Made by a program: the position numbers and the translations under genes
Part shown: positions 8,191 through 17,003 of the stretch, piece after piece
Numbering within the stretch: position 1 is the first letter of the stretch
How the letters are laid out: every line of letters starts with the position of its first letter
The notes under the pieces: model-generated
The model's database searches: none
Told to the model about the DNA's origin: nothing
Seen by the model: the letters and a program-made list of their open reading frames with translations, nothing else
DNA from: a virus
Length of the DNA: 55,170 bases
Direction: 5' to 3' (one strand)
IMG/VR virus record: IMGVR_UViG_3300045988_134649

Positions 8191-8540
8191 ATACGATGAG
8201 TGGTGGAACTCCGGCACGGCTGCGTGGACTGGCGGCAAACGGCAACAGTATATCACCGACAATTCAAGAGGTGGCAGAAACTTTCGGTAAAGGATATGCT
8301 GCAGATTTGAATAACGAAACAGATTATGGAATTTCTGGCATGTTTAACGCTGATACTATTAATCATCCACCCATTTCATCAGATATTATTTTTGGCATAT
8401 ACTCAAATCATAGAGCAAAATATATAACAGGAGGAGTGTTTTTGTATCAAATAGCTGTCCCAGAAAATATGATAGGAATGTATGTAAGACGATGCTGGAA
8501 TGGGAATTGGAGCGAATGGAAGTCAGTAACTCTTACTTAA
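8166..8540 (+). CDS. Shufflon cassette B protein
   Basis: MAEQDIRENTMSGGTPARLRGLAANGNSISPT closely matches the cassette C N-terminus. The C-terminal part diverges. Confidence 0.65.
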   Translation: MAEQDIRENTMSGGTPARLRGLAANGNSISPTIQEVAETFGKGYAADLNNETDYGISGMFNADTINHPPISSDIIFGIYSNHRAKYITGGVFLYQIAVPENMIGMYVRRCWNGNWSEWKSVTLT

Positions 8541-8543
8541 AAC

Positions 8544-8590
8544 TGTGGAATTATTCCACAATACCGTGGAGCACTCCACAATATTCCACA
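8544..8590. promoter_or_regulatory. Cluster of five TCCACA/TGTGGA half-sites (candidate protein-binding array)
   Basis: TGTGGAAttaTTCCACAataccGTGGAgcacTCCACAatatTCCACA. Includes the perfect palindrome TGTGGAATtATTCCACA (8544-8560). Confidence 0.4.
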
Positions 8591-8807
8591 GTATTGTTAA
8601 AAGAGGATTTTGCCTTATATTAATGAAAATGAATGCAATATTGTTGCGCAATCATTCTGGTATCAATTTTGTACTATGGTTTATGTCTTAAAAGTTATCA
8701 GTAACTTGTAGTTGTTATGGTTAGGCAATAGGTATTAGTTGCATTAAGGTTTAAAGACATTTTGTTCATATTGATTTTCATTCGGAAACTCTCTTTGTTT
8801 GGCATTG

Positions 8808-8840
8808 CATCCCGGTCTGTGAAGTATCGGGATGTTTTTA
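8808..8840 (+). terminator. Hairpin + T-run inside the shufflon spacer
   Basis: CATCCCG (8808-8814) / CGGGATG (8828-8834) followed by TTTTT. The loop carries the CGGTCTGTGAAG motif. Confidence 0.4.
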
Positions 8841-9129
8841 CTTAGATGGTTGCTGTTTCCGACTAAATACTGTAACTTTGTATAGTTAGCCGATATACTA
8901 CTTAACTAATACTATTTTATTCTTTGGAATAATGAAAGTATTCTCGGTCTGTGAAGATCGGATGCTTTTGGTGGGTAATGCCGCCAATTATTCCAGTTAA
9001 GTGTTTAGGTTTTATGCAGTCTACCCCATGAATGGACTGCATTGACAAGAAGTATTCTGCCCGTTCTGACCGAGATGGCCGGAACGGGCATAACCAGAAT
9101 GAAAATCCACATGGCTTGCAGAACCACTA

Positions 9130-9546
9130 TCATAAGGTACCAATCCTTTTTAAAACTATGTATGTTTCAGTGCTTCTGTTGTTTTTGATAAAAAAGCTAC
9201 CATTTGTCGTTTTTCGACCGAAAGCAACACCTTTAGTCCCATCTGTATAATCACAGTAAAAATTTGAACCTGCATCTGACACAAAACCTTTTGAATAGGA
9301 ACCAAAAGCAAATATAGCAGTTGCTGCATTGTTGGGGGATGCAAGCAAATACATACCGTACCCCAAGTCGCCAAGGTCTTTTTCCTCTTTTGCCGCCAAT
9401 GTAAAGCTATAGGTATATATTCCCATTGCGTTCATTACCTCTTCCAATGTTGGTGATATACTGTTGCCGTTTTTATCCAGTCCACGTAATCTTGTAGGTG
9501 TTCCACCACTCATCGCATTCTCTCTAATATCTTGCTTATCTGCCAT
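9130..9546 (-). CDS. Shufflon cassette C protein (copy currently co-oriented with the tail-fibre operon)
   Basis: ATG at 9546 (MADKQDIRENAMSGGTPTRLRGLDKNGNSISPT...). Lies downstream of and on the same strand as 10103..14065 and 9634..10089. Confidence 0.7.
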   Translation of the reverse strand: MADKQDIRENAMSGGTPTRLRGLDKNGNSISPTLEEVMNAMGIYTYSFTLAAKEEKDLGDLGYGMYLLASPNNAATAIFAFGSYSKGFVSDAGSNFYCDYTDGTKGVAFGRKTTNGSFFIKNNRSTETYIVLKRIGTL

Positions 9547-9565
9547 ATTCTTACATTTAAGGGGC
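9521..9565 (-). repeat. Shufflon recombination-site repeat, copy C (inverted relative to A and B)
   Basis: The reverse complement reads GCCCCTTAAATGTaagaatATGGCAGAtAAGCAaGATATTAGAGA. Confidence 0.75.
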
Positions 9566-9633
9566 ATAATTTCCGGATGGAAATATTACCCGATTTAACA
9601 TTTTAATAATTAACTCGTTTTGTAAATTATAAA

Positions 9634-10089
9634 TCAAATTTTTCCGTAATATCTGAAGAACTCAAAAGGAGTTCTCACATCAAGATAACCGTCTACCTCT
9701 TCGTTGGCTTCCGCTTCCATTTCAAACGCGGAATTTCCGTAAGCCTTATCACCTACATTTATCCAACACCGGTTACGGCATAAGTGATACATGTAGGATA
9801 TTGCGTACTCCACACCATACTGGAGGTAGAACCACAACGGGCATAGCAGATATACCCATAAGTTGAATCCGGTAAACAGCATGATTACCGTCAGCAGCAC
9901 AGCGGATGCAATCATGCATTCCTCCCATTGGCGCACATGAATCGCCTCATGGTTAAGTGTACTCTGCTTCATCTCCTCCTTGCTTTTCTTGGTGAAGACG
10001 AAACATCCCAATGTGATGGTGTTGTAACCCTGCCACAGCAGCCATTTCGCTAACTTGCTTTCATAAAAAACTTTCATACATCTTTCCAT
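9634..10089 (-). CDS. Membrane protein with HExxH motif (DUF4157-like metallopeptidase signature)
   Basis: ITLGCFVFT...LNHEAIHVRQWEE resembles the DUF4157 HExxHVxQ core. Followed by at least two hydrophobic segments. Confidence 0.45.
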   Translation of the reverse strand: MERCMKVFYESKLAKWLLWQGYNTITLGCFVFTKKSKEEMKQSTLNHEAIHVRQWEECMIASAVLLTVIMLFTGFNLWVYLLCPLWFYLQYGVEYAISYMYHLCRNRCWINVGDKAYGNSAFEMEAEANEEVDGYLDVRTPFEFFRYYGKI

Positions 10090-10102
10090 TTATATTAGTT
10101 TG

Positions 10103-13100
10103 TTAATTAACCGGGTTTTCGTAATCATGGTCACCCAAATCAGCATACGAATACGAAATGCCATTTTTATTGGTTGAAATCCAGACTCCTCCCAATGATA
10201 TGAATTCATAAACACCAGGCTCTGTGATATGAGCTTTATTGCAATAATGGTATTGACCGTCAACCAACTCCATATCATTAAATCCGTCCGATGTCACAAC
10301 TGACACATAGCCATATGTGCTCCCTGAAGAATTATTATATATGATCAAGGATATTTTCATACCCACACATTGGGCAGAGCTGGGAAGCATGTATTCACTT
10401 TGGCCTATTCTACTGGGACGCCCATTGCCAAAATCCGAACCAAAATTGGGGTTCAGGTAAAAGTAGCCTTCATTGGAACTAAACCCATGTATCTTTATGA
10501 ATGCCGCTGTCGCTGTAATTTTTCCTTGAACATTGACTTCTCCAGTCTCACCATCAATGTTACAAGTGACATTTCCATTCTTATCCCTTGCCAATACGTT
10601 CTGTACCACCAAATCATCCACAAGGATTTCATCGGCACGTATCTTTCTTATTAAAGCCATATCCATAGCTACAAACATAAACTGCTGTGCCGCCTCCCAA
10701 TTAGCATCACCGTCTATCGAGGTAGGTGCGACAGTGACCGACGTACCGTAAGCCCGTACCCGAAACGGAATGGTGCGATTGTTGAATGTGGCCAGTACGA
10801 TGTCATGGTAATCTTCATTCCAGACATATGTGTTGCCCTTGGCGAAAAAACCTCTCGGACGCGGCTCACTGGCATCCCGTCCGCTTGAACCGTCATAGCT
10901 GACACCCACGGACATCTCCGCAATGAAACTGTCATTCCATGCCGAAGCGTCAGCCTGGCTCTGGTAACAGCGGACAGAGAAAGTTGAATACCCTGCAGAA
11001 GCGTTGACCGTAATCTCGGAAGCCCTCGAAGGCCCTGCGATGGCGCTCCATATCCCGTTGCTGTACCCCCGTGCGGCCAGATATCCGTCCGGATAAGTCA
11101 ATGTGGCGCTGCCGAGCGTCCGCTTGGCATAGACCCGAAAAGCTGAAGGCACCAAAGACCCGGCACTGCTCACCCGTATATTGCTGCATGTACTGATGAG
11201 ATATACCATGCCGCCATCCTGGGTAAGCTGCTCCCATTCGGCCGTGTTCACTTCTCCGGTAGGAATATAGCCGTAGCTCTTTCCACCGTTCTGTGTCTGT
11301 AGGATGCGCCTATCCTGACTGTCATTGACTGTCCATAGAGGTGGATTCGATGTATCAACCTTGGAGAGCCATGACCGGCCACCCATCGTGCAGATGGTGA
11401 GCTTTTTGAATGGAGTATTAGCTGTGCGCCACTCACCGCCAGCCTTGACGGATTCGCCGTCACCGCCAGGTTTTCCTGGATTACCGTCGTTACCATCCAC
11501 GACCATGGGTATAGTTTCCCGGTCCACGACCTGCCCACCCACATAATAGACAAATTGTAACTGCGTCGTGAAGTTCTTCGGAGAGATGGACGTGCCGTTC
11601 TGTATCTCGACCTCTGCGCCTCCGTCCTTACTGTATTTCAGTACGCCATCCGTCGTGATGGAAGTGCTACCGCCTACAGACTTGGTACGTGTACATGACA
11701 CCCCGGCTACACTATAAGTGCCGTCCTTCCGTTTGCTGACTGAAGAAACGGAAGGCACCAGCCTATAGAGTACCGCATCACTGCCCGGATTACCGGCACG
11801 CACCCCGGTAACAGTGAACACCAGCTCACGGCTTATATCCGTATCCTGTACTGTAGCCGTAACGGTTATCCTGACCTCTGAACGTGCAGGCATCGAAATG
11901 CCGGAAGCCACGGTAAACGCTATCACACCCGTATTGACATTGTAGCTCTCCGTGACACCGGAGGGCGTCACGCATGAGATGGACTTGAGCTGTAGTTTCT
12001 TCGTACCATACCACATGCCGACGGTCGTATTGAGCACGGACTGCGAAACAGTCTTTCCTTCGTATGTCAAGGCAATGCTTTCCATCTCGTTGTCGAAATC
12101 GGCTACAATGGCCGACTCGCCGTCAAAGCCCCATTTGGCCCAGATGGCTGCCGGGCTGAACGCGCTCCATAGACCGTCCTTCTTCGTGCGGCAACAAGCC
12201 CACTCGTATGGCAGGCTCTCGCTGACACCAATCGGGTCATCATGCCAGCCGGACGGCACGTAGTCATCAGTCTGTGATGTGGCAGGGGTTGCCGGAGCGA
12301 TATTTTCCGCAGTATGCTTAAAAATCCATTCATAATCCCTACCGTCACGCCCGTCCTGGCCGTTCTCCACCAGCAGCTCATACTCAGCGGTATTCAAGTC
12401 CCCGGTAATGGTATAACCGTAGGACTTGCCGCCGTTCTGGGTCTGCAGGATACGGCGCCCCTCATTGGTCGTCTGAGTCCACATCGGAGGATTGTCTGTA
12501 CCACCGGGAGCGACACATAAAAACACACGTCCGGCCATCCTGGTAATACCCATGTAAGGTATATGCTTGCCGGTCTGCCAGTCACCGCAATTGGTAATGC
12601 TTGTACCGTCTGCACCCTTGCTGCCAGTCACACAGATGGCGTTCGTTGTGGTGGAAGTATCGTCAGTAAAGACTATCCTTGTCCGGGTCCAGATATACCA
12701 GCCGTTTTTCCACGCCGGAGAGTCTGTCTGCCACTCGCCTCCGGTTGTGGTGGCCGATGAAGAGGAAAGGTAGTATTCTTCGGTAATGGACTTGATGCCC
12801 TTGCCGTCGGCTCCCTGCCCACCACTGATACAAGCCGCTTGGGTGTACTTGACTTCGCCATCAGAATAGACAATCTTCGTCCGCGACCAGATATACTTGC
12901 CGGCTTCCCATTCTGGGGAGGTAGTCTGCCAACCGTCCACCGGGGCAATGACATTCGACACCGATATCGCGTATTCCACATCGGTAGACTTGATGCCCTT
13001 GCCGCTTTCTCCCTTTGCCGCATATTTCAGCCAGTCGGCATTGCCGTCTGCCGGTTCTGTAGACGTGCCTTTCTCATTGACACATATCCATGAGCTGCCG

Positions 13101-14065
13101 TTATGCGTCACCTCATCGTAATAGGCATACTTCTCATCCTTTTCCCACGTCCCCTTGAATAGCGGCACCCGGAAAGCCTCGCCGGTGATGTCATCTACCT
13201 GGAATATCTTGCCGGACATGATGACGTGGCGAAAAACAGCCGAGTAGTTGTCTGCAGGAATACCATGCACGGTACGGCCTTTCTTCTTACCAATCCACGA
13301 CATCTCTTGTGCCGGTTCCGGGTCCCATGTATTGGCGTGGTCAAAGAAAGTAATGCAGTTGTTGCCACCCACCGTATCGATAAGGATGTACGTCTGTCTA
13401 TCCTCATCTGTAAAGTTACCCGTCTGGGCGAGTACCATCGCATCCCCCGGCTTCCAGTCGGTACCCGGTTTCGGCGTCATGACGAATGTCTTGGCAGTGT
13501 AATCGGCAGAAGTCACCCGGAACTTCATCTCCTCGAACCCCTGCAGCTTGCCTTCAGGTGACTTGGTGACGAAGTAGGTGGTCAGAATGTCATCGACAAA
13601 CTGGCTCAGACCGTCGGCATCGGTCAGGTCAGGGGTTATGGTATAGCTACCGTCACCATTATCGCTCCACTCCTTGACCGTACACCCACCTCCGGGAGAG
13701 GCACACATACGTCCCTTGAAATAGGTCACACGGTTATAGGCAATCTCTGGAACAAACAGACGCTTCCTAAATATGCCTTCCTCCATCTCGAGAATGCCGT
13801 TCTTGTCGATGCACCCTCCGGAAATACCGGTGATGAATTCGCCGAACTTGACCCAATCTCCGAAGGTAATCGGAAAAGGAGTGCCGTCAGCCTGGTCTTT
13901 GCGGAGGAACACCTTTGATAATTCCTCGATGCTCATTCCTTGTTGAATGAGTTCAAGAATGCCAATAAATGTCCGTCCAACCCTCTCTGCGGTATTCTCT
14001 CCCTCAGAAGAGGCGTTCCTTATCTGTAGAGCAAGTTTCCTTAATATGTCAAGTGTATCAGGCAT
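10103..14065 (-). CDS. Tail fibre / receptor-binding protein (1320 aa)
   Basis: Large ORF with collagen-like G-x-x runs (GQDGRDGRD, DGNDGNPGKPGGDG). Internal domain duplications (WQT.SP.W..G.YIW.RT.IV twice; PP.WT....RRILQTQNGGKSYGY twice). Sits in the virion block. Confidence 0.8.
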   Translation of the reverse strand: MPDTLDILRKLALQIRNASSEGENTAERVGRTFIGILELIQQGMSIEELSKVFLRKDQADGTPFPITFGDWVKFGEFITGISGGCIDKNGILEMEEGIFRKRLFVPEIAYNRVTYFKGRMCASPGGGCTVKEWSDNGDGSYTITPDLTDADGLSQFVDDILTTYFVTKSPEGKLQGFEEMKFRVTSADYTAKTFVMTPKPGTDWKPGDAMVLAQTGNFTDEDRQTYILIDTVGGNNCITFFDHANTWDPEPAQEMSWIGKKKGRTVHGIPADNYSAVFRHVIMSGKIFQVDDITGEAFRVPLFKGTWEKDEKYAYYDEVTHNGSSWICVNEKGTSTEPADGNADWLKYAAKGESGKGIKSTDVEYAISVSNVIAPVDGWQTTSPEWEAGKYIWSRTKIVYSDGEVKYTQAACISGGQGADGKGIKSITEEYYLSSSSATTTGGEWQTDSPAWKNGWYIWTRTRIVFTDDTSTTTNAICVTGSKGADGTSITNCGDWQTGKHIPYMGITRMAGRVFLCVAPGGTDNPPMWTQTTNEGRRILQTQNGGKSYGYTITGDLNTAEYELLVENGQDGRDGRDYEWIFKHTAENIAPATPATSQTDDYVPSGWHDDPIGVSESLPYEWACCRTKKDGLWSAFSPAAIWAKWGFDGESAIVADFDNEMESIALTYEGKTVSQSVLNTTVGMWYGTKKLQLKSISCVTPSGVTESYNVNTGVIAFTVASGISMPARSEVRITVTATVQDTDISRELVFTVTGVRAGNPGSDAVLYRLVPSVSSVSKRKDGTYSVAGVSCTRTKSVGGSTSITTDGVLKYSKDGGAEVEIQNGTSISPKNFTTQLQFVYYVGGQVVDRETIPMVVDGNDGNPGKPGGDGESVKAGGEWRTANTPFKKLTICTMGGRSWLSKVDTSNPPLWTVNDSQDRRILQTQNGGKSYGYIPTGEVNTAEWEQLTQDGGMVYLISTCSNIRVSSAGSLVPSAFRVYAKRTLGSATLTYPDGYLAARGYSNGIWSAIAGPSRASEITVNASAGYSTFSVRCYQSQADASAWNDSFIAEMSVGVSYDGSSGRDASEPRPRGFFAKGNTYVWNEDYHDIVLATFNNRTIPFRVRAYGTSVTVAPTSIDGDANWEAAQQFMFVAMDMALIRKIRADEILVDDLVVQNVLARDKNGNVTCNIDGETGEVNVQGKITATAAFIKIHGFSSNEGYFYLNPNFGSDFGNGRPSRIGQSEYMLPSSAQCVGMKISLIIYNNSSGSTYGYVSVVTSDGFNDMELVDGQYHYCNKAHITEPGVYEFISLGGVWISTNKNGISYSYADLGDHDYENPVN

Positions 14066-14580
14066 TATTCACCAAGTACTCTAAAAGTTACACGATTAGC
14101 ATTAATCCCTCCATTTCCTCTATACAGCGGAAAGTCTTTTTTGTTATCATTCAAATACCGAACACATTCTTTCATATACCTATCAGCAACAAAGAAAGCA
14201 TCATTATAAGCTATAAGTTTCTCCTTAAAATCAGAACGCGATGAATATTCGTTATCTTTATTGACAAATCCAAAACGGGTGACATTTCCATCTCCATTTT
14301 TCACGATACGAGCATAGGTATAATATGCTAATGTCATTTTCAGCCCTACAAAGGAACGTTTGCCTCCACATTCTATGGTATAAGAACTACCATTAAGCAA
14401 CTCACTATAATTTTCCGGATGTTCTTTCACATCTAAGAATAAAGCATCACCCAAAGCTGACTTCAAATCAATGTTCTCCGACTCCCGAATATATGCCTCT
14501 ATCTTTTCCGTATCGATGTGTATTGACATCGTACGAGCCAACTTATAGACCTCATCTGTTGTTATTAGACACTGCAGCAT
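14065..14580 (-). CDS. Hypothetical virion-block protein
   Basis: 171-aa ORF between the portal-like and fibre genes. The start may be the internal Met at 14529. Confidence 0.5.
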   Translation of the reverse strand: MLQCLITTDEVYKLARTMSIHIDTEKIEAYIRESENIDLKSALGDALFLDVKEHPENYSELLNGSSYTIECGGKRSFVGLKMTLAYYTYARIVKNGDGNVTRFGFVNKDNEYSSRSDFKEKLIAYNDAFFVADRYMKECVRYLNDNKKDFPLYRGNGGINANRVTFRVLGE

Positions 14581-15748
14581 TTCTTATATATTTAAGAGGT
14601 TGTACACTAAAGTCATTGGAAGGATTGAGAGGTTCATACCAATGCGCAAAAATTTTCTGAAAAGCCCGTTCAATCATGCGTTGTTGCTTTGACACAATAG
14701 AGTTATAGTATTCAAAAGCATCTTCCAATATATCCCCAGAAAAACCAACCTTACCAATCCGGATACAATACCAAGGCTCCTGCCCGAAAGCTGAATAAAT
14801 ACGTTCAACTACACTGGCATCAGTAACGGTAAACTCCTTATCATAATTTTTAGGACTAATATCCACAAACTCCGGTTTTTCTTCATCAGATTCCAAGGTT
14901 ACCTCTAAGACCTTTGTCGCATTGGTGTCTCCTTGTAATTGCACAATAGTATCAGAAAAACCAGTATCTTCGTTAGTCCTATCCTCTTTTATAGGATTTC
15001 CGTTTTCATCAAAACGTACCGAAGAAGCACCTTTCTTTGTAATTATCATCCCGGAAGGCATGAAGTTACAGCGCACATTACGATACTTCACATTGGCTAA
15101 TCCCTCATCCGTACTCATTTCCGTAATCACACGGTCAGCTCTTCCGATAGGATACACGAATTTCCCAGTGTTACTAATCCATAATATCTGCCCCTTATAG
15201 TTTTCAATCCCTCCGGCAGCCCGAATTTGCGCATAGACCACCTCCTTACGTGGATTAAATACATCTATAAACTCCACATTTTCTGGTATTACCTTTATGG
15301 CTTTTCCCTGACGGGTTTTCTTTCCTGTCCAATCCGGATGAACTGCGATTTTTGCGATATATCCGGATTCATCCTCCTCCAACAAACGGCAATTTTCAAA
15401 GGGGATGTGCTGTACTTCCACTATATCTGCGAACATATTATAATTAACATGTATCGCCATCCCATCGTAATCAGCAACATCCTTGCAGACGAAAGCATGG
15501 ATGTCATCTGCCGTATCTCCACGGCGGTTAACCACATATTCAGAAAAAGCAACCTCACGAAACCCATTTCCCTCTATGAAATTGGCATAACGTTCTGCAC
15601 ATTCGCTACCCGTTGAACTCGCAGCGATGATATTTCTTAGATGTTGGGGATATAAATTATCATCACCGTAGCTTTGGATGCCAAGATTACGTAAATAGCC
15701 CGTGTCAACACGCCTATTACTCTTCTTCTTTAATTCATTTACGTTCAT
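14552..15748 (-). CDS. Putative portal protein
   Basis: 398 aa in the head module. N-terminal region (YGDDNLYPQ...ECAERYANFIEGNGF) recalls portal annotations in Bacteroidota prophages. Not verified. Confidence 0.45.
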   Translation of the reverse strand: MNVNELKKKSNRRVDTGYLRNLGIQSYGDDNLYPQHLRNIIAASSTGSECAERYANFIEGNGFREVAFSEYVVNRRGDTADDIHAFVCKDVADYDGMAIHVNYNMFADIVEVQHIPFENCRLLEEDESGYIAKIAVHPDWTGKKTRQGKAIKVIPENVEFIDVFNPRKEVVYAQIRAAGGIENYKGQILWISNTGKFVYPIGRADRVITEMSTDEGLANVKYRNVRCNFMPSGMIITKKGASSVRFDENGNPIKEDRTNEDTGFSDTIVQLQGDTNATKVLEVTLESDEEKPEFVDISPKNYDKEFTVTDASVVERIYSAFGQEPWYCIRIGKVGFSGDILEDAFEYYNSIVSKQQRMIERAFQKIFAHWYEPLNPSNDFSVQPLKYIRNAAVSNNNR

Positions 15749-15767
15749 CGTTCCGTGAGGTTATTCT

Positions 15768-16367
15768 TTATTTCACCGTTTCTACGGCTTCTATAGTCTG
15801 CTTAGAGTCAACTACAGATTGAGCCTCTTTAATATGAGCATCCAATACTTTAGCTGTAACTTTCTTCCCGTTCAGTTTATAAGTCTTGAACGCATCTCTC
15901 ACAATCTCAGAAGTAGCACCTTCCACTTCAAAGGCTTTCACCAGTTCTGAAACCAAAGTTTCATCCAATGGTAAAGCAGGACTCATCCGTCTTTCAACCC
16001 TTTTCTCCCAATCGGAAGGCGTTGAAGCAAAAAAGACTATCCCTTTAGGATTTTCCGCAAGATACCTTTCTGCCGCTTCGTCAGTGAGATTGTTGTTGGT
16101 GTACATTTCACTACTTCCAAAACCTACTTGGAGCAATACACCATTTTTCAATGCATAACTTGATTTTTCTTTCATTTTTCCATATCTTTTTAAGTACGAA
16201 TGCATTTCAATCACAGCGTCACGATAGCAATCACCACATGAGGTCTTGGTAAATGTCCTACCAAGAACTTCATGAAACATCAGTTCAATGTCTGATTTAT
16301 CAGAAGAAGAAAGGGAGACCTTATCTCCCAATCTCTTCAACTTATCAACCACCTCCAAGACAAGCAT
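15768..16367 (-). CDS. Hypothetical head/neck-module protein
   Basis: 199-aa ORF, co-directional and tightly packed in the virion block. Confidence 0.5.
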   Translation of the reverse strand: MLVLEVVDKLKRLGDKVSLSSSDKSDIELMFHEVLGRTFTKTSCGDCYRDAVIEMHSYLKRYGKMKEKSSYALKNGVLLQVGFGSSEMYTNNNLTDEAAERYLAENPKGIVFFASTPSDWEKRVERRMSPALPLDETLVSELVKAFEVEGATSEIVRDAFKTYKLNGKKVTAKVLDAHIKEAQSVVDSKQTIEAVETVK

Positions 16368-16375
16368 ATTCCCTC

Positions 16376-16987
16376 CTATGCTGCCGGTTCAGCCGTCAAG
16401 GTATTGACAGCTGTCTTAGTTGCTTCATAACTCGTCTTGAACAAGAATAATGCAGATTTAGGCGTTTTCTGCTCTTCCAAGGTAACAGCCCATCCCCCTT
16501 CAGTATCCTCACTATACTTATCGTTGTCGATAGCTGTAGCTGTAAGTCCTTGATAGTAACCATACACCTGAAAAGCGGCATCACCAGGGTTTCCTTCTTT
16601 CTGTAAACCCTTATATTTATTCTCCAACACCACAACATAGGTACCGTTAGCCAATCCGTCAATAACATCAGCGCATACATCCGGATCGTTTGCCAATATC
16701 ACAATCGCGACAGTATTGGTAAACGAACTACGATATGTGCCAGCCACTAATGAGGTCTTTGTACCCGTAAATGGATTTTTACCAGGAACAACAACCTTAT
16801 AAGCCTTCTTCCCGGTTTTCATAGCCAGCGTTTCAATCACATTCTTTTTTGTAGAATTGAATACTGTGGCTGCAAAGTCCACATCCGCACGATTCATTAT
16901 TACCCCTTCCTGCTCCAATCCTTGTACTACTGGATCATCACACGACGGAACAATATCTTTCTTTAAAATATCATCACATACTCCCAT
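16376..16987 (-). CDS. Hypothetical structural protein (possible major tail or decoration protein)
   Basis: 203 aa immediately after the capsid gene. Call is based on position only. Confidence 0.4.
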   Translation of the reverse strand: MGVCDDILKKDIVPSCDDPVVQGLEQEGVIMNRADVDFAATVFNSTKKNVIETLAMKTGKKAYKVVVPGKNPFTGTKTSLVAGTYRSSFTNTVAIVILANDPDVCADVIDGLANGTYVVVLENKYKGLQKEGNPGDAAFQVYGYYQGLTATAIDNDKYSEDTEGGWAVTLEEQKTPKSALFLFKTSYEATKTAVNTLTAEPAA

Positions 16988-17003
16988 AGAATACCTCCTT
17001 TTG

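Noticed and set aside
10370-13561. More than 20 ORFs of 60-116 aa on the + strand and in alternate minus frames across the tail-fibre gene.
   Set aside because: All are nested within the single 1320-aa ORF, which has clear fibre-like repeats. They appear only where the DNA is GC-rich and stop codons are rare. Their translations are Arg/Pro/Gly/Ser-rich low-complexity strings.
10103-14065. A diversity-generating retroelement targeting the fibre, suggested by the repeated segments within the gene.
   Set aside because: No reverse-transcriptase-like ORF (no YxDD-type motif) exists anywhere in the window. The repeats are in-frame paralogous domains, not a non-coding template/variable repeat pair with adenine-specific differences.
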